Source: an uncultured Candidatus Binatia bacterium (lineage in GTDB: Bacteria; Desulfobacterota; Binatia; HRBIN30; CADEER01). From it: DNA of 60,438 nt. A program made the translations under genes and the position numbers. The stretch covers positions 1 through 60,438 of the forward strand of contig CAYYWP010000004.1 in the NCBI GenBank assembly GCA_964475125.1. The letters run 5' to 3'. Shown here piece by piece: positions 36,587 to 44,610 of this stretch (positions within the stretch are counted from its first letter, which is position 1; every line of letters starts with the position of its first letter). Below the pieces are notes generated by a model that did not search any database, was not told the origin of the DNA, and was given only the letters and a program-made list of their open reading frames with translations.

Positions 36587-37213
36587 TCAGGCCAGGTGCC
36601 GGTGCGGTGTATCCATCACCGTCACCTCGAAGTAGGGCTTGGAAGAACCGCGGACTTGAACTGCGGCACCGAGCTCGGCCTGCCAGCGCCGTGCGGCGGC
36701 GCGCTCTTCGTCCCGACCAGCATCATCGAGGAGGATGACGCAGCCCGGCCCGAGCCGTTCCTGCATGATCGGGACCAGGCCGTATCGCCCTCCTTTGGTG
36801 TCGGCGGGAGGGCCATCACAGATGACCACGGAGAAACTGTCGGGCATCGCTGCCAAGGGGGCGTCGTACCAACAATAGGGACCATGGTCGCTGAGAGGAT
36901 CCGTGCACAGGACGACGCGATCGAGCTGGTACCTCTTCAGACATCGCTGCACTTTGGCGGCCCACTCCGGTTTGTGCTCGAGCGCCCAGTGGCTTCGGCC
37001 GCGCTTGGTCGCGATCGCCCCAACCAAGATCGTGGACAGCCCGGAGCCGCATTCCAATATCGGCCCGCGCGCGGTCAGCGCGTGCTGCAGGCACGCGGCG
37101 AGGTACTCGTCCTGAGCACTCCAAGCCTCATTCCCCCACCCGTAGATCAAATCGATCAGGACGGGGTGTCCAGGATGGGAACAGGCGGCGGGATCTCGCA
37201 GGAACCGCGTCAT
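36587..37213 (-). CDS. Putative class I methyltransferase-fold protein
   Basis: ATG 37213 gives MTRFLRDP...LIYGWGNEAWSA...ILECGSGLSTILVG (motif I-like)...VVICDGPP. The longer track ORF runs antisense through the RHH gene and is rejected. A GTG at 37282 is an alternative start. Confidence 0.5.
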   Translation of the reverse strand: MTRFLRDPAACSHPGHPVLIDLIYGWGNEAWSAQDEYLAACLQHALTARGPILECGSGLSTILVGAIATKRGRSHWALEHKPEWAAKVQRCLKRYQLDRVVLCTDPLSDHGPYCWYDAPLAAMPDSFSVVICDGPPADTKGGRYGLVPIMQERLGPGCVILLDDAGRDEERAAARRWQAELGAAVQVRGSSKPYFEVTVMDTPHRHLA

Positions 37214-37406
37214 GGCTCGCGAGAAAACGAACTGGCGGTGTGCCGTCCGAAGAAGCCGTCGAATTCGAAAGAGTGATTTCACCTCTTTGAGAATGCGGCA
37301 AACCGCGTGATCTTGTCGATCGTCGGGCGTCGGCGCTCTGCGGCGCCATCTCCGCCAGGGCGCGGTGTGTCTTGCGGTGCCGTCGCAGCGTATTACACGA
37401 TGGATC

Positions 37407-37661
37407 ATGAAATCGCTGACCGTGCGCCTGCCGGAGCCGTTGGTGCGCGAGATCGAGGCCGAGTCATGGGCCCGCGGCGTGTCCAAGTCCGACGTCGTGC
37501 GCGAGCGCCTGGCGCGGGCGCCGGAAGGCCGCGGCGCGGCCGATCCGGCGGCGGCAGTCGCCGACCTCATCGGCGCCGTCGACGGGCTTCCGGCTGACAT
37601 GAGCGGCCGGCGCAAGGCCTCCCTGCGTTCCACCGGGTATGGTCAGAAGCGTCCTGGTTGA
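37407..37661 (+). CDS. Ribbon-helix-helix (CopG/MetJ-type) antitoxin-like protein
   Basis: ATG 37407 gives MKSLTVRLPEPLVREIEAESWARGVSKSDVVRERLA, the classic RHH beta-alpha-alpha opening. Overlaps the following PIN-like ORF by 23 nt. Confidence 0.75.
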   Translation: MKSLTVRLPEPLVREIEAESWARGVSKSDVVRERLARAPEGRGAADPAAAVADLIGAVDGLPADMSGRRKASLRSTGYGQKRPG

Positions 37662-37863
37662 CGCCGGCTATCTGGTTCGCCCTCCTCAGCCGCCGAGATC
37701 GGCACCACGGTTCGGCCGCCGCGCTGGCACGGCGCTACCCGCCCCCCTGGCGGACCTGAACGCGGCGCGTCTTGCCGCCGGTCGGCACACTTTCGCTTCC
37801 CCCACGGGCTTCGTGCTATTCGCGGCCGCATGCGACAGCGCGACGACTCGCCGGCCCCGGTGA
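37639..37863 (+). pseudogene. Decayed PIN-domain (VapC-like) toxin gene
   Basis: It starts MVRSVLVDAGYLV. The next PIN-like stretch ALLSRRDRHHGSAAALARRYPPP is only readable in the +1 frame. The total open length is far below the usual approx 130 aa for a PIN domain. Confidence 0.5.
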
Positions 37864-37900
37864 GTTGTCGTTCCGCTTGTTCGCCCGGAAGGAGCACCGC

Positions 37901-39127
37901 ATGGACTTCGCCCTGACGGCCGACCAGGAGAGGATCCGCGAGGTCTCTCGCGCGCTGGCGGTGGGTCTCGCCAGCCGCGCCGCGAAGTACGACCGCGACG
38001 GGTCGTCTCCGCTCGAAGACTACGCCGCGCTGCGCGATGCCGGACTGTACGCATTGGTGGTGCCGAGGGAGTTCGGTGGCTGGGGCAGCGGCTTCCTCGG
38101 CTACACCATCGCCGCCGAGGAGCTGGCGCAAGGCTCGCCGGCGACGGCGCTGTCGTACAACATGCACTGCGTCGCGCTCCTCATCCTGCTCACCAAGTCG
38201 GTGCTGTCGACCGAGAGGAAGCGCTGGGTCGCGGAGCTGGCGGTCGAACGGAAGCAGCTCATCTGCGCGCTGCTCTCCGAGCCGGGTACCACCGGGCTGC
38301 TCTACTCCACCCGGGCCTGCGGAACGCGCGTGCGGCGCACGCCGGAGGGCCACGTGCTGAACGGCAAGAAGGCCTTCTGCAGCATGGTCGAAGCCTCCGA
38401 CTACGGCGCGCTCTTCGCCTGCCCGGAGGGCGCCAGCCGCACGGCCGCGATCCCCGTGCTGTTTCCGCTCAACCTCAAGGGGCTGCGCATCGAGAGGGTC
38501 TGGGACACGCTCGGCATGCGCGCCACGCGCAGCGACAACCTCATCCTCGAGGACTGCCTGGTGCCGAGCCAGGGGGCGCTGGAGGAAGTGTTCTTCCCCG
38601 ACATCGGCGACTTCGTCAGGGACTACGAGCCGATCATCAACCTGCCGTACACCGCCACCTACCTCGGCGTCGGTCTGGCCGCGCTCAACGCCGCCGCCGC
38701 CGCCGTCAAGCAACGCGTGCCGAAGGGCTACCGCCATTCGCTCGCCTACCACCCGGACGTGCGCCGCCGCATCGGCACGATGAGCGCACAGCTCGAGGCG
38801 GCGCGGCACCTGCTCTATTACGCCGCCTGGCTGATCGACATCGACGCGCCGCTGCGCGACCAGTTGAGCGCGTTCCTGCAGGCCAAGTACGTGGTCGGCG
38901 AGGCCGTCGCCGGCGCCACGCGCTCGGCCCTCGAGATCGGCGGCGGGCACGCGTTGTTCAAAGGCTCGACCATCGAGCGGCTGTTCCGCGACGGCGCCAC
39001 CGCCACGATCATGCAGCCGCCGAGCGACGTCTGCCTCGGCCAGATCGGCACGCTTGCGCTCGGGCTCGAACCGTCGGACATTCCTTCACCGTTGCTACCG
39101 GTCGAGGCGGAGGTGGCGCGGAAGTAG
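37901..39127 (+). CDS. Acyl-CoA dehydrogenase family protein
   Basis: ATG 37901 follows GGAAGGAG. MDFALTADQERIRE...LYALVVPREFGG... has ACAD N-terminal, middle and C-terminal domain organisation. Confidence 0.85.
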   Translation: MDFALTADQERIREVSRALAVGLASRAAKYDRDGSSPLEDYAALRDAGLYALVVPREFGGWGSGFLGYTIAAEELAQGSPATALSYNMHCVALLILLTKSVLSTERKRWVAELAVERKQLICALLSEPGTTGLLYSTRACGTRVRRTPEGHVLNGKKAFCSMVEASDYGALFACPEGASRTAAIPVLFPLNLKGLRIERVWDTLGMRATRSDNLILEDCLVPSQGALEEVFFPDIGDFVRDYEPIINLPYTATYLGVGLAALNAAAAAVKQRVPKGYRHSLAYHPDVRRRIGTMSAQLEAARHLLYYAAWLIDIDAPLRDQLSAFLQAKYVVGEAVAGATRSALEIGGGHALFKGSTIERLFRDGATATIMQPPSDVCLGQIGTLALGLEPSDIPSPLLPVEAEVARK

Positions 39128-39137
39128 GGAGAAGAAT

Positions 39138-39276
39138 CCACAGATGAACACGGAGCGCCCATCCCCCATTCGGCCCCCGCTGCCGATGAACACAGTGCGA
39201 CCCATCCCTCTCTTCGGAGATCGAGCGCCTTGTTTGTCGGCGAGGTGGCAGGTGGGGGCTCCGTGTTCATCTGTGG
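39138..39276. repeat. Inverted-repeat element, family D (CCACAGATGAACAC core)
   Basis: Perfect 19-bp terminal inverted repeats, ccacagatgaacacggagc (39138..39156) and gctccgtgttcatctgtgg (39258..39276), separated by 101 nt. There is an internal partial copy gatgaacac. Confidence 0.85.
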
Positions 39277-39318
39277 TGTTCTGACACAGCGCCGAGGTCC
39301 GGCGAGCGAGGGATCAAC

Positions 39319-40338
39319 ATGAAACGCATGGGCGTGACGCTGCCGGTGTACAACACTTCGATGGCCAGGCTGGCCGAGATGGCGGAGTGGGCGGAGGCGG
39401 CGGGCTTCGACGGCGTGTGGCCGTACGAGATCTGCCGCAATCCCTTTCTGACGCTCGCCGCCGCCGCGGCGACCACCAAGCGCATCCGGCTCGGCACGGC
39501 GATCGCGCTCGCCTTCAGCCGCAGCCCGTTCGTCACCGCCAACGCGGCGGCGGACGTGGACGAGCTGTCCAACGGCCGCATGGTTCTCGGCCTCGGCCCC
39601 GGCGAGGGCCAGCACCTCACCGGCCTGCACAACACCGACCTCGCCCACGCCATTCCGCGCATGCGGGAGTACGTCGACTGCGTGCGGCTGGCCTGGGACT
39701 CCCTGGCGACCGGCGAGTCGGCGACCTACGAGGGCCGCTTCTACCGCCTGCGACTCGACGAGGGGCTGCGGCGCCCGCTCGCCCGGCCGCGCATTCCCAT
39801 CTATCTCGCCGCCATGGAGTCGAAGAAGATGATGGCGCTGGCCGGGGAGATCGCCGACGGGCTGCTCGCCTTCTTCTTCTCGGCCCGCTACCTGCGCGAG
39901 GTCGGCCGGCCGCAGCTCGCCGCCGGCGCGCGCCGCGCCGGGCGCGATCCCGATCAGGTCGATCTGTGCTCGTACATCATCTGCTCGGTGTCGAAGGACC
40001 GCGCCGAAGCCCTGCGCCGCGCCCGCATTCAAGTCGGCTTCTACGCCTTCCTGCACTCGAGCGACGCGATCATCCGCTTCCACGGGTTGGAGCAGGAACA
40101 GGCGGCCGTGCGCGCCGGGCTGGAGAGAGACGGCCCCGGCGCACTCGAGCAGGTGACGGACGACAAGCTGGTCGAGGCGTTCAGCATCGCCGGCACACCG
40201 GACGAATGCCGGCGCCAGTTCGAAGCCTACCGCGACCTGGTGCCGCTGCCGTTGATGCACGTGCCGTACTTCGCGCCGCTCGGCGCGGCGGAGAGTGAGG
40301 ACGCGTTCCGCAATCTGCTAGACACGTTCGGGACCTGA
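39319..40338 (+). CDS. LLM-class flavin/F420-dependent oxidoreductase
   Basis: 339 codons with GAGGGA 5 nt upstream. MGVTLPVYNTSMARLAEMAEWAEAAGFDGVWPYE is luciferase-like monooxygenase family in appearance. Confidence 0.75.
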   Translation: MKRMGVTLPVYNTSMARLAEMAEWAEAAGFDGVWPYEICRNPFLTLAAAAATTKRIRLGTAIALAFSRSPFVTANAAADVDELSNGRMVLGLGPGEGQHLTGLHNTDLAHAIPRMREYVDCVRLAWDSLATGESATYEGRFYRLRLDEGLRRPLARPRIPIYLAAMESKKMMALAGEIADGLLAFFFSARYLREVGRPQLAAGARRAGRDPDQVDLCSYIICSVSKDRAEALRRARIQVGFYAFLHSSDAIIRFHGLEQEQAAVRAGLERDGPGALEQVTDDKLVEAFSIAGTPDECRRQFEAYRDLVPLPLMHVPYFAPLGAAESEDAFRNLLDTFGT

Positions 40339-40386
40339 GCGCGGCGCCGCCGCCGACGCGCGCCGGAGCCGAGGGAGGTGAAGCGC

Positions 40387-41397
40387 ATGGAGCCGACCAG
40401 TGAGCAGCTGCTCTGGATGTACAAGACGATGCTCGTCATCCGCGACCTGGAGGAGACGCTGGCCAAGGTCTACCTCGAGGGCAAGCTGCCGCCCCACATT
40501 CAGAAGGGCCTGGCCTTCGACATCGGCAGCGGCCCGGTGCCGGGTGAGATGCACCTCGCCGCCGGCCAGGAGCCGGTCGCGGTCGGCGTGTGCGCGCACT
40601 TGCGGCCCGAGGACACGGTGACGGCGCCGCACCGCCCGCACCACTTCGCCATCGCCAAGGGCGTGCCGCTCGACCGCATGGTGGCCGAGATCTTCGGCAA
40701 GGTGACGGGCCTCTGCCGCGGCAAGGGCGGCCACATGCACCTCTTCGATCCGGCGCACAAGTTCTCGTGCAGCGGGATCGAAGGCGCCGGCATGCCGATC
40801 GCCTGTGGCGCCGCGCTGGCGGCGAAGAAGAAAGGGAAGGATTGGGTGGCGGTCGCGCTCTTCGGCGAAGGCGCCGCCAACCAGGGCACCTTCCACGAGT
40901 CGCTCAATCTGGCGGCGCTGTGGCAGCTGCCGGTGGTGTTCGTCTGCGAGGACAACAAGTACGCCATCTCGGTGGAGAAGAGTATGTCGACGGCGGTGGC
41001 CTCGAACGCCGAGCGCGCCGCGGCCAACGGCGTGCCCGGGGTGAACGTGGAGCGCAACGACCCGGTCGAGATCTTCCGCGCCGCCGGCGCGGCCGTGCAG
41101 CGGGCGCGCGGCGGCGGCGGGCCGACGCTGATCGAGGTCAAGACCGACCGCTACCTGGGGCACTTCGAGGGCGACGCGCAGGCCTATCGCCCCAAGGGCG
41201 AGAGCGAGGAGCTGCGCCGGCGCGATCCCATCCCGGCGCTCGCCGCGCACCTGCGCGAGCGCGGCATCATGCCGGCGCAGGAGGAGGAGGCGTTTCGCCA
41301 GCAGGCCCGAGCGCGCGTCGCCGCGGCCATCGAGTTCGCCCGCACCAGTCCGTATCCGGATGCGCGCGAGGCGCTGCAGCACGTCTTCGTCGGCTAG
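40387..41397 (+). CDS. TPP-dependent 2-oxoacid/acetoin dehydrogenase E1 alpha subunit
   Basis: ATG 40387 lies 8 nt after GGGAGG; the track uses GTG 40378. Contains GEMHLAAGQEPVAVG, GKGGHMHL, and the TPP-binding GEGAANQGTFHESLNLAALWQLPVVFVCEDNKYA. Confidence 0.9.
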   Translation: MEPTSEQLLWMYKTMLVIRDLEETLAKVYLEGKLPPHIQKGLAFDIGSGPVPGEMHLAAGQEPVAVGVCAHLRPEDTVTAPHRPHHFAIAKGVPLDRMVAEIFGKVTGLCRGKGGHMHLFDPAHKFSCSGIEGAGMPIACGAALAAKKKGKDWVAVALFGEGAANQGTFHESLNLAALWQLPVVFVCEDNKYAISVEKSMSTAVASNAERAAANGVPGVNVERNDPVEIFRAAGAAVQRARGGGGPTLIEVKTDRYLGHFEGDAQAYRPKGESEELRRRDPIPALAAHLRERGIMPAQEEEAFRQQARARVAAAIEFARTSPYPDAREALQHVFVG

Positions 41398-41426
41398 CGG
41401 ACAAGTCGGGTGAGAGGAGATCCGCC

Positions 41427-42461
41427 ATGACGACCACCAACCGCACCCTGACGATGGCCCAGGCGATCGCCGAGGCATTGGGGCAGGAAATGGAACGCGA
41501 TGCCGACGTCTTCGTCATGGGCGAGGACGTCGGCCGCTACGGCGGCATCTTCGGCGCCACCGGCGGGCTGCATCAGCGCTTCGGCTCCGAGCGCGTCATG
41601 GACACGGCGATCTCGGAGGCGGGCTTCATCGGCATGGCGATCGGCGCCGCCGCCGAGGGCATGCGCCCGGTCGCGGAGCTGATGTTCGTCGACTTCTTCG
41701 GCGTCTGCATGGACCAGATCTACAACCACCTGGCCAAGAACACGTACATGTCGGGCGGTGCGGTGCGGCTGCCGGTGGTGCTGATGACCGCCATCGGCGG
41801 CGGCTACAGCGACGCCGCCCAGCACTCCCAGTGCCTGTACGCGACTTTCGCCCACGTGCCGGGCCTCAAGGTCGTCGTCCCGTCCACTGCCTACGATGCC
41901 AAGGGGCTGATGATCCAGGCGATCCGCGACGACAACCCGGTGATGTACTTCTTCCACAAGGGCATCATGGGCCTGCCGTGGATGGCCTACTTCGAGGGCA
42001 GCCGCGGCGACGTGCCGGCGCAGGCCTACGCGATCCCGTTCGGGCAGGCGGCGGTGCGGCGCGAGGGGAGCGACCTGACGCTCGTCAGCCTGAGCCAGAT
42101 GGTGCACAAGGCGGCGCTGGCGGCGGAGGAGGTGGCGAAGGAGGGCATCAGCGTCGAGATCATCGACCTGCGCACGCTGGTGCCACTCGACACCGAGGCG
42201 GTCGTGCGCTCGGTGGCCAAGACCGGCCGGCTGTTGATCGCCGACGAGGATTACCTGTGCTTCGGCCTGAGCGGCGAGATCGCCGCGCTGATCGCCGAGC
42301 GCCTGGATGCGATCCGCCTCAAGGCACCGATCCGGCGCCTCGGCGTGCCGAGCGTACCGATTCCGTACAGCCGCCCGCTCGAGCAGGCCGTGATCCCGCA
42401 GGTCGCCCACATCGCCGAGGCGATCCGCGCCACCGTGCGCGCCCGCGTCGCCGCTCCGTAG
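41427..42461 (+). CDS. 2-oxoacid/acetoin dehydrogenase E1 beta subunit
   Basis: ATG 41427 follows GAGAGGAG. LTMAQAIAEALGQEMERDADVFVMGEDVG.YGG.F. is the transketolase-like pyrimidine-binding and C-terminal domain pattern. Confidence 0.9.
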   Translation: MTTTNRTLTMAQAIAEALGQEMERDADVFVMGEDVGRYGGIFGATGGLHQRFGSERVMDTAISEAGFIGMAIGAAAEGMRPVAELMFVDFFGVCMDQIYNHLAKNTYMSGGAVRLPVVLMTAIGGGYSDAAQHSQCLYATFAHVPGLKVVVPSTAYDAKGLMIQAIRDDNPVMYFFHKGIMGLPWMAYFEGSRGDVPAQAYAIPFGQAAVRREGSDLTLVSLSQMVHKAALAAEEVAKEGISVEIIDLRTLVPLDTEAVVRSVAKTGRLLIADEDYLCFGLSGEIAALIAERLDAIRLKAPIRRLGVPSVPIPYSRPLEQAVIPQVAHIAEAIRATVRARVAAP

Positions 42462-42522
42462 CTCGCTCGTCGGCGGCCTACCTCATGGTTACAGCTCGCT
42501 CCGGGCACTCACTGGCTGGGCG

Positions 42523-43524
42523 ATGATTGAGATCAGTCTGCCCGACGAGGCGTGGACGGACGTCGAGGAGGGCACGGAGGCGCTGCTCGATCAGTGGTTG
42601 GTGGCGGAGGGCAGCGCGGTGGCGCGCAGCCAGGCGGTCGCGCTGGTCGTGCTCGTCAAGACCAGTTACGAGGTGAGCGCGCCGGCCGACGGGCGCATCG
42701 CCCGGATCCTGGTGGCACCAGGGGAGACGTTCGCACGCGGGCGAGCGCTCGCCGAGCTCGAAGGAGCCGCGGCGTCGGCGCCGACTGGCGCTGCGGCACC
42801 CGTTGCGGCGCCGCCGGCGGCGGCAGAAGAAGCGCCGGCCAGCACCGTGCTGGAGCGCATTCCGTTTACCGGCCTGCGCGGCGCCGTGGTCCGCACCATG
42901 GCGTCGACCTGGCAGACGGTGCCTCCGGTGGCCCTCTTCGCCGAGGTCGAGACTTCGGCCGGCGATCGCCGCCTCGAGACGCTGCAGCGCGAGGTGGGTG
43001 GCGAGCCGCGCCTCTCGCTCACGCATCTGATCCTGCGCGCTGTGGCCCTGACGCTGCGCGAGCATCCGCGGTTGAACGCGCGCGTCCATGCCGATGGCAT
43101 CGAGGTGTTGCGCGAGATCCACCTCGGCCTCGCCGTCAATCTCGAGGATGCCCTGGTCGTGCCGGTGATTCGCGGCGCCGACCGCAGGTCGATCCCCGAG
43201 CTGGCGCGCGAGGCGCAACATCTGGCCGCCGCGGCGCGCGCCGGCCAGCTCGCGCCGGCGGCGTTTCAGGGCGGCACGTTCACGGTGAGCAACCTCGGCG
43301 CCACCGGTATCGATGCGTTCACGCCGATCATCAATCCGCCGCAGGTCGCCATCCTCGGCGTCGGGCGCCGGGCCCTGCGCGCCATCGTGCGCGACGGCCG
43401 GGTCGTCGCCGCGCCGACGCTCGTGCTGACGCTGGTCTTCGATCACCGCGCCATCGACGGTTTTCCCGCCGCGACCTTCTTGGCCGCGCTGCGCGCGCGG
43501 CTCGAGCGCGCCGCCGATCTCTGA
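42523..43524 (+). CDS. Dihydrolipoamide acyltransferase (E2), short form: lipoyl domain plus catalytic domain, no recognisable subunit-binding domain
   Basis: Lipoyl domain with VVLVKTSYEVSAPADG (lipoyl-Lys context). Ala/Pro linker. Catalytic domain ending in DHRAIDG. Confidence 0.85.
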   Translation: MIEISLPDEAWTDVEEGTEALLDQWLVAEGSAVARSQAVALVVLVKTSYEVSAPADGRIARILVAPGETFARGRALAELEGAAASAPTGAAAPVAAPPAAAEEAPASTVLERIPFTGLRGAVVRTMASTWQTVPPVALFAEVETSAGDRRLETLQREVGGEPRLSLTHLILRAVALTLREHPRLNARVHADGIEVLREIHLGLAVNLEDALVVPVIRGADRRSIPELAREAQHLAAAARAGQLAPAAFQGGTFTVSNLGATGIDAFTPIINPPQVAILGVGRRALRAIVRDGRVVAAPTLVLTLVFDHRAIDGFPAATFLAALRARLERAADL

Positions 43525-43531
43525 CCGTACC

Positions 43532-44563
43532 GTGTCGTTCGCGCTGCGCTGTGTCACCGCCGCCGAGGAACAGGCGTGGAACGACCGCCAGCTCGCCACA
43601 CCGGTCACTGCCCCGCGCCTGGCGTTCTGGACGTATCGCGACACGGCCGTCGTGGTCGGACGGTCGCAGCGCCACGGTGCGGGCACCGACTGTCCCGCCG
43701 CGTTCCGCTCGCCCTTCGACGGGCTCAGGGCGAGCGGAACGCTCGACGGCGGATGTCCCTTTCCGCTCGCGCTGAGCCCAGCCAAGCATGAGCGCGCGCT
43801 GCTTCCACCGCCTGCTAGCCCTTTCCTGCTCACGCTGAGCCCCCCCAAGCATGAGGGCGCGCTCCTTGCACCGCCCGCTAGCCCTTTCCCGCTCATGCTG
43901 AGCCCGTCGCAGCATGAGCGCGCGCTCTTTCCACCGCCTGCGAGTCCTTTCCCGCTCATGCTGAGCCTGTCGAAGCATGAGCGCGCGCTTTCTCGGACGC
44001 CTGCTCGGGTGCCGATCGTTCACCGCCGTTCCGGCGGTGGCGCGGTGCTGGTCGGGCCCGAGGTGCTCGGCGTGTCCGTGCTGCTACCGCTGGAACACCC
44101 GTTCGCCGTCTCGGGACTCGTGTCTTCTTATGAATGGTTCGGATGCGCGCACGCGCGCGCCTTGCGGCGCCTGGGAGTGCTATGTGAGGCCGTCAGCCCC
44201 AAGGCACTGCCCCGCGCCGCCGCCGACCCGATTGCGGCCTGGGCTTGCTTCGGTGCGGTATCGCCGTGGGAAGTCGTGACACTCACCGGTCGCCGCAAGC
44301 TCGTCGGCCTGGCCCAGCGGCGCACGCGCACCGGCGTGCTGCTCGTCAGCGGCACTTTGATCGAGGACCAGCGATGGGACGTCCTCTGCGATGCCCTCGG
44401 CCAGTCGGTCGAAGCCGCCGCCATCCTGCGGGGATCGACATCGTCATGCCGCCGCGAGCTCGGGAAGTCGATCGCCGTCGCCGACGTCGCCCGACGGGTT
44501 GCCCGCGAGCTCGACGTCGCACTGCGCTTCGAGATGCCACCCGGCGCGCAGGGCGAGCCGTAG
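43532..44563 (+). CDS. Lipoate-protein ligase family protein (BPL/LplA/LipB catalytic domain) carrying an approx 100-aa in-frame repeat-derived insertion
   Basis: GTG start. Landmarks VVVGRSQ, HRRSGGGAVLVG and GRRKLVGLAQRR (catalytic Lys context). Residues between the first two landmarks are encoded by the repeats at 43702..44007. The stop codon lies inside the 56-bp repeat 44555..44610. Confidence 0.7.
   Translation: MSFALRCVTAAEEQAWNDRQLATPVTAPRLAFWTYRDTAVVVGRSQRHGAGTDCPAAFRSPFDGLRASGTLDGGCPFPLALSPAKHERALLPPPASPFLLTLSPPKHEGALLAPPASPFPLMLSPSQHERALFPPPASPFPLMLSLSKHERALSRTPARVPIVHRRSGGGAVLVGPEVLGVSVLLPLEHPFAVSGLVSSYEWFGCAHARALRRLGVLCEAVSPKALPRAAADPIAAWACFGAVSPWEVVTLTGRRKLVGLAQRRTRTGVLLVSGTLIEDQRWDVLCDALGQSVEAAAILRGSTSSCRRELGKSIAVADVARRVARELDVALRFEMPPGAQGEP
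43702..43740. repeat. REP-like hairpin, family A, inside a coding sequence
   Basis: gttccgctcgccct-tcgacgggctc-agggcgagcggaac: perfect 14-bp stem, 11-nt loop identical to the loop at 27458..27468. Confidence 0.85.
43756..44007. repeat. Tandem array of four 63-nt family-A-related hairpin units inside a coding sequence
   Basis: Units start near 43756, 43819, 43882 and 43945. Units 3 and 4 keep perfect stems (cgctcatgctg..cagcatgagcg). Units 1 and 2 are decayed. The period of 63 nt equals 21 codons. Confidence 0.9.
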
Positions 44564-44610
44564 CCGTGGAACCCGTGCCCGCCGGCAGCGCCGCGCGCTG
44601 CCCGGTGGGG
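44555..44610. repeat. 56-bp GC-rich palindromic element, family E, copy 1
   Basis: gagccgtagccgtggaacccgtgcccgccggcagcgccgcgcgctgcccggtgggg is 53/56 identical to 56951..57006. It contains the stem ccggcagcgc/gcgctgcccgg. Both copies lie at gene 3' ends. Confidence 0.85.

Noticed and set aside
43756-44007. Possible CRISPR array, suggested by regularly spaced palindromic repeats.
   Set aside because: The 63-nt units are contiguous tandem copies with no unique spacers. They lie inside an open reading frame, and no cas genes are present in the window.
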